Source: Candidatus Heimdallarchaeota archaeon (lineage in GTDB: Archaea; Asgardarchaeota; Heimdallarchaeia; Heimdallarchaeales; Heimdallarchaeaceae). From it: a stretch of DNA of 22,013 nucleotides. A program made the translations under genes and the position numbers. The stretch is from positions 1-22,013 of the forward strand of contig JAAFKI010000171.1 of assembly GCA_021399345.1 (NCBI GenBank), read 5' to 3'. Below the pieces are notes generated by a model. It was not told the origin of the DNA. It searched no databases and was given only the letters and a program-made list of their open reading frames with translations. This document shows positions 16,401 to 22,013 of the stretch, one piece after another. Each line of letters starts with the position of its first letter. Position 1 is the first letter of the stretch.

Positions 16401-17492
16401 ATGACATCCGAATGGAGACTCATCAATTTAGGTGAGATTGAATGGATTGACACGCAAGCTATATATCATGCTCTAGCTTTGGTTCAAGATCAAAATCATA
16501 CTCCCAATACATTACTGATTAACTGGCCGAATAAACCATTTGTATGTGTTGGTCTTCATCAGATTATAGATAATTCGATTGAAAAAGAGTATATTAAATC
16601 ACAAAATCTACCAGTAGTTAGAAGAGGATGTGGAGGAGGGTCCGTATTTCTTGATTCCAATCAAGTTTTTTATCAGATAATATGTAAAAAAGAAGAGTAT
16701 AACTTTGATTTAAGCACTTTTTATGAATATTTCTTGAGTCCAGTTGTAGAAACTTATCAATATTTCAATGTACCAGCTGAGTATTCGCCAATTAATGATA
16801 TTGTAGCTCAAGAAAAGAAAATTAGTGGCAATGGAGCAGTGACATATGGTAATTCAAGAATCTTAGTTGGTAATTTTATTTTCAAATTTCCATCAAAAGA
16901 GATGTCTAAAATACTTAAGGTTCCTGATGAAAAATTCAGAGACAAAATTGCTAAGTCGTTGGAGGAACGTATGGGGAGTTTTTCTTATTTTCTAGAAAAT
17001 CCTCCATCTAAGGAAGAAGTAATTCAGAAGTACATAGAACTCTTTCAAGAAAAATTAGATGTAAACCTGGAAATTGGTATGCTTTTAAAAAATGAGAAAG
17101 AAAAGATTGTAGAATTAAGGAATTTGTATAAGCAAAATGAATGGCTAAATTACGTAGAACAAGAGAAGAAGTCTATGATTCAACAAAAAATCATGGGTGG
17201 TTCTTATTTTACTTTTTCAGAGAGGAAGTTTGTTGGAGGATTAATTCAGCTCTTTATTCAATTTGAAAATAACACTATTTCTGATTTGGTGATTTCAGGA
17301 GATTTCACCATCTCTCCACCTTTAATTCTTTCAGAGTTGCAGAATCATCTTATAGGTCAAGAAGTAGAAAGTACTACTTTGATGGAGAAAATAAAGCTGT
17401 TTTTTAGAGACAAAGAAGTAGATCTACCCGGTATCTCCATAGACGAATTGGTAGAACTGATAATTGATACGTATAAGAAAATCAAGCAATGA
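16401..17492 (+). CDS. lplA: Lipoate-protein ligase (catalytic domain plus C-terminal accessory domain)
   Basis: VVRRGCGGGSVFLD, NDIV..KKISGNG and C-terminal ISGDF. Confidence 0.88.
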   Translation: MTSEWRLINLGEIEWIDTQAIYHALALVQDQNHTPNTLLINWPNKPFVCVGLHQIIDNSIEKEYIKSQNLPVVRRGCGGGSVFLDSNQVFYQIICKKEEYNFDLSTFYEYFLSPVVETYQYFNVPAEYSPINDIVAQEKKISGNGAVTYGNSRILVGNFIFKFPSKEMSKILKVPDEKFRDKIAKSLEERMGSFSYFLENPPSKEEVIQKYIELFQEKLDVNLEIGMLLKNEKEKIVELRNLYKQNEWLNYVEQEKKSMIQQKIMGGSYFTFSERKFVGGLIQLFIQFENNTISDLVISGDFTISPPLILSELQNHLIGQEVESTTLMEKIKLFFRDKEVDLPGISIDELVELIIDTYKKIKQ

Positions 17493-17494
17493 AA

Positions 17495-18778
17495 TCACTC
17501 TTTTTTGAAAATCAGAATATTTTCTTTCTGCATTATGTTATAAAGTCCAAATATGATTTTATCGATATTTTTCACTAATTTATAATTCATCTCTTGGAAA
17601 ATTTTGATGGTATTTTCTACTGTTTTGATTTCTTCTTTATCAACTCTAGCATTTCCAATAATGATTGTACAATATTTCCCAGATTTGAGAACACGATCCA
17701 TCTCCTGATATGAGTTCTTCATGTCTTCATTATAAAGTTCTATTTTCTTTGATCCTTTACCTCTAACTCCAATAAAATCGTCTTTAATGGTATCTAGATT
17801 GTGCCCCAAAGACATTAGAGCATACTTATCGTTATCAACATAATCTAAGGCAATTGAATAGGGGGGTGAAGTAATAATTCCATCAAAATGGTTAGCTGGG
17901 AAATTTAGCTTTCTAACATCATTCTTATGTATTGAAACCTCGCCTAAGGAGAGATTATTTTCAACTATGCAATTTGCATAATCTGTTACTGAGGTAAACA
18001 TTTTATTCGCATTAACTAGAACTGATTTTGAAAAATCTTTCTTTCTTCTTCTACCTTTATCACTATGAGCTATTAATTCTGCAACTCTAAAAAAATTCCT
18101 GATTTCAGGTTTTTCTATTTTTGAAATTTTTTCAGAGATGTCTTCTTCAACATTTTCGTTCTTGTACTCTAGGAGATATTGAATGAAATCTTCCAATTCC
18201 ATCCCAAGCTGTGAGACATATTTATGGGAATTCGTCTTTACATTCGAGACTAGATAACATACTTCTGAGATATCAATTCCAACGCAATTAATTCCAAGTA
18301 GCTGAGCTTCAACAGCTGTAGTTCCACTCCCAATAAAGGGATCAAGTATTGTTTCACCAGAATTGATTTTCATTAAATTTAGAAGAGCTCTTATCATTTG
18401 AGGATGGAATTTTCCTTTATACGGATAAATCCAATGAGTGAGATATTGATTAATTGATCTAGTTATATTGTTTGATACCAATTTAGAATAGAGAGTAATT
18501 TGGTCATCAATTTTCTGGAAATATGCTGTTCTTCTGTTAAATTTCTCTTCATCAGGAATCTCTAAGGCAGTGAAAGTTCGAAGACCATTCTTAGTAGAGT
18601 ATTTTACTCCAAAAGATTCTAGTTCCATCATTGCTAAACCTAATTCATAGATAAATTGAACATTCCAAAATAATTCAAGATTTCTCTCATTTGCTAGCTT
18701 GGTCATTTGGTTCCAGTCATCCCAATCTATTGTTCTTCTTTTGGGATAATAGTATAGTTGCTTTTTAATCTTACTCAC
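17495..18778 (-). CDS. Amino-group DNA methyltransferase (SPPY, likely m4C), motif I before motif IV, orphan
   Basis: THWIYPYKGKFHPQM, ILDPFIGSGTT, IITSPPY and RVLKSGK. GTG start. Confidence 0.8.
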   Translation of the reverse strand: MSKIKKQLYYYPKRRTIDWDDWNQMTKLANERNLELFWNVQFIYELGLAMMELESFGVKYSTKNGLRTFTALEIPDEEKFNRRTAYFQKIDDQITLYSKLVSNNITRSINQYLTHWIYPYKGKFHPQMIRALLNLMKINSGETILDPFIGSGTTAVEAQLLGINCVGIDISEVCYLVSNVKTNSHKYVSQLGMELEDFIQYLLEYKNENVEEDISEKISKIEKPEIRNFFRVAELIAHSDKGRRRKKDFSKSVLVNANKMFTSVTDYANCIVENNLSLGEVSIHKNDVRKLNFPANHFDGIITSPPYSIALDYVDNDKYALMSLGHNLDTIKDDFIGVRGKGSKKIELYNEDMKNSYQEMDRVLKSGKYCTIIIGNARVDKEEIKTVENTIKIFQEMNYKLVKNIDKIIFGLYNIMQKENILIFKKE

Positions 18779-18824
18779 CCTCTGTAGGGGGAAAGATTTT
18801 AAATAAACCTAAATATTCCTCTGT

Positions 18825-19592
18825 GTGATGAATGAGATGTATGTTTACTGGGGTTTGTTCATAGCTTCCGCTGTTATAGCACTTGCAATGCTAGTTTTAC
18901 TATTTTTCATTTCTGCTCCTTACGGTCGTCATGTACGTGAAGGATGGGGGCCATCGATAAGCTCCAAATGGGGTTGGATTATCATGGAATCTCCCGCTAT
19001 AATTATCTTCATAGTTTTATATGTTTTAAGTGACAGAAGAGCTGAATTAGTTCCCATAGTTCTTTTAGTTATGTGGATGCTTCACTATATTCAAAGGGAT
19101 TTGATTTTTCCCTTCTTCCTGAGAACCAACAAAAGAATGCCATTACTTATCATGTTTTTTGGCTTGCTTTTTCAATCATCGAATACTTACATTCAAGCTA
19201 GATGGATATTTCATTTTGCTGATCCAACGTCATATACAATTTCTTGGTTAACTGATCCAAGATTCATAATCGGTGCAGTACTTTTTATCTTTGGTTATGT
19301 AATCAATAGACACGCAGATTTAGTTTTACGTGCATTAAGAAAGCCAGGAGAAAAAGGATACAAAATTCCTTTTGGAGGAATGTACAAGTACATATCCAGT
19401 CCTAATTATTTTGGAGAAATCATCATATGGATTGGCTGGGGTTTAGTTGTTTGGAACTGGGCGGGATTACTATTTGTTTTCTGGACATTAGCTAATCTTC
19501 TACCTAGAGCAAGATCTCACCACATATGGTATAAGGAAGCTTTTCCTGATTACCCAGAAGAAAGAAAGGCACTAATACCTTTCATTTACTGA
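18825..19592 (+). CDS. Steroid 5-alpha-reductase family protein (SRD5A1/2, DET2-like)
   Basis: APYGRH, WIIMESP, HYIQR, GYKIPFGGMYKYISSPNYFGE and NLLPRARSHH.WY...F.DYP..RKALIPF. Confidence 0.92.
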   Translation: MMNEMYVYWGLFIASAVIALAMLVLLFFISAPYGRHVREGWGPSISSKWGWIIMESPAIIIFIVLYVLSDRRAELVPIVLLVMWMLHYIQRDLIFPFFLRTNKRMPLLIMFFGLLFQSSNTYIQARWIFHFADPTSYTISWLTDPRFIIGAVLFIFGYVINRHADLVLRALRKPGEKGYKIPFGGMYKYISSPNYFGEIIIWIGWGLVVWNWAGLLFVFWTLANLLPRARSHHIWYKEAFPDYPEERKALIPFIY

Positions 19593-19596
19593 TTTT

Positions 19597-20268
19597 TCAA
19601 GAAATATGTTTCAGAACATCTTCTTCTTTTACTATTCTGTAATTTGGTTTATAATTTCTCCTGAAAACAGCTGAATGACGTACAAGTGGTATTTCTGAGA
19701 TATTTTCAGCATCTGAAATCAGTTCAAGGACAAAGTTTAACCAGTGGAACAGTCTTCCATATTTTCGTTTTCTTCGGTGATTTATCTTAATAAAGCCTTT
19801 TTCATATAATTCTATCAATTCAGTCCATCTTTGTAAAAATAGTTCTGTATTTGTTGGTATTTCTTTTGAAGCTTTTTGCATCAATGACCAGATAACTGCA
19901 GGATCATCTCCTATTATCTTTTTCCAGACTCTTAAGTTAAGTCTTACAAATCTTGTTTGTGAATCCTGCAATTCATATAAATCTTCATTATCTAAAGGTT
20001 CACCTGAATCTGCAAACTCTTGGAATAAATACTCCTTGATTCTGTTCTCATTTCCAAGGTGTTTCAAATGTACCCAGCCACAAGTACCTTGCATAAGAAA
20101 CTTGTATATGTCTTGCCACCTTAATTTTGGGTGATTCTGAATATGAACAATCAAAGGATTTTCTTTCAATTGCTCATCTATTTCATCACTTAGAATAACA
20201 TGAATTCTGGAAATCTTCCGATTAAGTTTTCGAAAGAATGCTATTTTATCCATTTTAAATCGAGTCAT
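19597..20268 (-). CDS. Conserved hypothetical protein
   Basis: Motifs QDIYKFLMQG..G..H, RLNLR and HS..FR..Y.P.YRIV resemble an uncharacterised family. Start uncertain (20277, 20268 or 20253). Confidence 0.72.
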   Translation of the reverse strand: MTRFKMDKIAFFRKLNRKISRIHVILSDEIDEQLKENPLIVHIQNHPKLRWQDIYKFLMQGTCGWVHLKHLGNENRIKEYLFQEFADSGEPLDNEDLYELQDSQTRFVRLNLRVWKKIIGDDPAVIWSLMQKASKEIPTNTELFLQRWTELIELYEKGFIKINHRRKRKYGRLFHWLNFVLELISDAENISEIPLVRHSAVFRRNYKPNYRIVKEEDVLKHIS

Positions 20269-20440
20269 ATTTACCAATACACTAGTAAAATCTTTTCCTT
20301 TGAAACGCTTGAGATTAAAATGTGCAATGCCGTCAGAAGTCTTTATAAGACAGATTAAATTTATAGAGGTATTAGAAGTGATTAAATGAAAAGAAAAGAG
20401 AAAATACTAACACTTTCATCATTTTTTTCATCCCTATTTC

Positions 20441-20454
20441 TCTAAATTTATATA
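20441..20454 (+). promoter_or_regulatory. TATA-box promoter shared by the zinc-ribbon paralogs (copy 1)
   Basis: TCTAAATTTATATA ends 24 nt before ATG 20479 and is identical to 21088..21101. Confidence 0.7.
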
Positions 20455-20478
20455 TGAGAATGTCCAATTTGAACATGT

Positions 20479-20781
20479 ATGAGTGAAATTTTCTGTCCTA
20501 ATTGTGGTAGTAAACATACAGCGAAAGGTCAATTTTGTGAATTCTGTGGTCATGATCTAGAATCTGTGATTGTCCAGTATAAGAATGATAAACTTCCTGT
20601 TCGTTACCAAGCCCCTGTTCAGCAAAGTGGTCCAGTTCAACAAGCTCCCCAATATCAGCAACAACATCAGGAAAGAGACTACCATGACAACCGAAGACAT
20701 AGACGAGAAGATAGGGGATTCTTTGATGTACTATTGAGTATACTCTTCTTCTGGATGTGTTGTGGTCCTGGTTGTGATTAA
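20479..20781 (+). CDS. Zinc-ribbon protein with Gln/Pro-rich linker and Cys-containing tail anchor
   Basis: CPNC-x10-CEFC, QAPVQQSGPVQQAPQYQQQ and RGFFDVLLSILFFWMCCGPGCD*. Confidence 0.82.
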   Translation: MSEIFCPNCGSKHTAKGQFCEFCGHDLESVIVQYKNDKLPVRYQAPVQQSGPVQQAPQYQQQHQERDYHDNRRHRREDRGFFDVLLSILFFWMCCGPGCD

Positions 20782-20856
20782 AAAGAACGAAATTTTTCCT
20801 TTCTATTGTCAACTTATTAGAGATAGTTATTAGTAGTTAAAAAAAGGAAAAGAAGA

Positions 20857-21060
20857 TTATTTTCTTCTTTTAAAGATAAATAAGCCTGAAAGAGTAATTA
20901 AAGATAAAACTACATAAACGAAATCGATTGGACTTTTTTCAGTATTTGTTTCGAAGATTTCATCAGGATAATCACTTGAATCGTTAGGATTCGTACCTTG
21001 AGCAACTTCCCAGCTATCAATGTGAGAATCACCATCTGTTTTATTAGTACAACAATTCAA
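20857..21060 (-). pseudogene. C-terminal remnant of a DxDxDG (TSP3-like Ca-binding repeat) surface protein
   Basis: A single TDGDSHIDSWEVAQGTNPNDSSDYP repeat plus TM and KRRK. No signal peptide and only a TTG start. Confidence 0.6.
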
Positions 21061-21087
21061 TTTACACGCTTGTGAATCAATTTTACG

Positions 21088-21101
21088 TCTAAATTTATAT
21101 A
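21088..21101 (+). promoter_or_regulatory. TATA-box promoter shared by the zinc-ribbon paralogs (copy 2)
   Basis: TCTAAATTTATATA ends 25 nt before ATG 21127. Confidence 0.7.
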
Positions 21102-21126
21102 ACCCATTTATATTGTATAGCTTGTT

Positions 21127-21630
21127 ATGTCAGGAATTTTCTGTTCAAAATGTGGTGAAAAACATACTACGGATGGGCAATTTTGTAAACATTGTGGCAA
21201 TGATTTAGAATCAACAATCCTTAGATATAAACAGAAAAAATTGCCTATCAAATTTAATGATGAACGTCTAACTCAACCTCATATAACCTCTCAAGATCCT
21301 CATGCTCTTCCTGTTCCTAAGAAACAACGAAAAGTTGCAATTACAGTTCTTAGATTATCCACTGTCTTACTATTGTTAACTTTTATATTGCTCATTTCCT
21401 TTGCCAGAACTTATGAGATTTGGTACTCTGCTATACTAGGGACAATAGGCGTGTTAACTTTGATATCGATTATTACAATCTCTGTAATTTCACCAAGTAG
21501 AGCTAGTAGAACAGGTTGCTGGAGCTCAGATTGTTCTGGTTGTGGCGACTGTGGTGGATGTAGTTGTGCTGATTGCACTAGTGATTGTGGAGGATGTGAT
21601 TGCGGCGACTGTGGAGGAATTGATTGTTAG
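21127..21630 (+). CDS. Zinc-ribbon two-TM membrane protein with metallothionein-like Cys/Gly/Asp tail
   Basis: CSKC-x10-CKHC, two TM helices, and 12 Cys in the last 37 residues. Confidence 0.85.
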   Translation: MSGIFCSKCGEKHTTDGQFCKHCGNDLESTILRYKQKKLPIKFNDERLTQPHITSQDPHALPVPKKQRKVAITVLRLSTVLLLLTFILLISFARTYEIWYSAILGTIGVLTLISIITISVISPSRASRTGCWSSDCSGCGDCGGCSCADCTSDCGGCDCGDCGGIDC

Positions 21631-21720
21631 TAATCTTGAACAATCATATTCATCATAAGGAGTTGTTCGAAATTCTTCTTATTCATTATCTTTATTATTA
21701 CCTAGAATTATTTGAAAAAT

Positions 21721-21975
21721 ATGAACCAAAATAAACTTGAATCTATTCCAAAAAGAAAGCTTGGAAAAACAGATATTGAAATAACTCCCATTGGTCAAGG
21801 AGTTATGCAGTTTGCTGGAGGTCATGGTTTCATGAAAATGGTCTATCCTGCACTTTCTGATCAAGAATCTAACGCTATTGTAAAATCTGCTTTGGATAAC
21901 GGTATTAATTGGTTTGATACTGCTGAAGCTTACGCACGTTATGAAACTTGGTCAAACTTGCCAGAGGGCGTTTAA
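21721..21975 (+). pseudogene. Aldo/keto reductase, N-terminal fragment only (interrupted or misassembled)
   Basis: RKLGKTDIEITPIGQG...ALDNGINWFDTAEAY, then loss of similarity and a stop after 13 codons. Confidence 0.8.
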
Positions 21976-22013
21976 CCGTCGTTTAAGTGGGTCCCCTCAC
22001 GTGCGTTGAGGGG
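21932..22013. other. GC-rich structured foreign segment at the window end
   Basis: 43 of 80 nt are G+C (21934..22013). Hairpin CCCCTCA/TGAGGGG and inverted 8-mer ACGCACGT/ACGTGCGT. Confidence 0.55.

Noticed and set aside
17495-20277. Restriction-modification or defence system formed by the methyltransferase and neighbours
   Set aside because: No nuclease motif was recognised in adjacent ORFs, and the neighbours are metabolic.
20498-21864. Minus-strand ORFs 20498..20812 and 21679..21864
   Set aside because: They overlap better-supported plus-strand genes.
21943-22005. Resemblance of TTGGTCAAACTTG to the eukaryotic 18S 3' region, and GTGCG as a group II intron start
   Set aside because: The rRNA-like match does not extend. 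GTGCG is not positioned at the gene junction in the right orientation and no domain V is visible.

Overview
AT-rich archaeal chromosomal segment. Archaeal origin is inferred from TATA-box promoters about 25-35 nt upstream of start codons, GGTGA-type ribosome sites and oligo-T terminators. The C-terminally anchored, sequon-rich surface proteins suggest an Asgard/Heimdallarchaeia-like host, which is an inference only. Gene content from left to right: two tandem family-5 ABC substrate-binding proteins (the first runs off the left edge and is missing from the ORF track), a zinc-ribbon membrane protein, a scar with back-to-back remnants of a PadR-like regulator and a 4Fe-4S membrane protein, a NosD/beta-helix surface protein, stand-alone TrpB2, an MFS exporter, an LLM oxidoreductase, a copper cluster (HMA, CopZ, CopA), three hypothetical or surface proteins, a lipoate ligase, an orphan DNA methyltransferase, an SRD5A/DET2-like reductase, a conserved hypothetical, two paralogous zinc-ribbon proteins with Cys-rich tails, a surface-protein remnant and a truncated aldo/keto reductase fused to a GC-rich structured tail. 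Most notable: (1) both binding proteins look circularly permuted relative to DppA/OppA; (2) their 135-bp divergent promoter region is duplicated at 96% identity although the genes have clearly diverged; (3) the MFS gene has a candidate leader peptide with alternative hairpins; (4) the zinc-ribbon pair carries a CYSTM-like tail anchor and a metallothionein-like tail. No rRNA, tRNA, CRISPR array or transposase was recognised.
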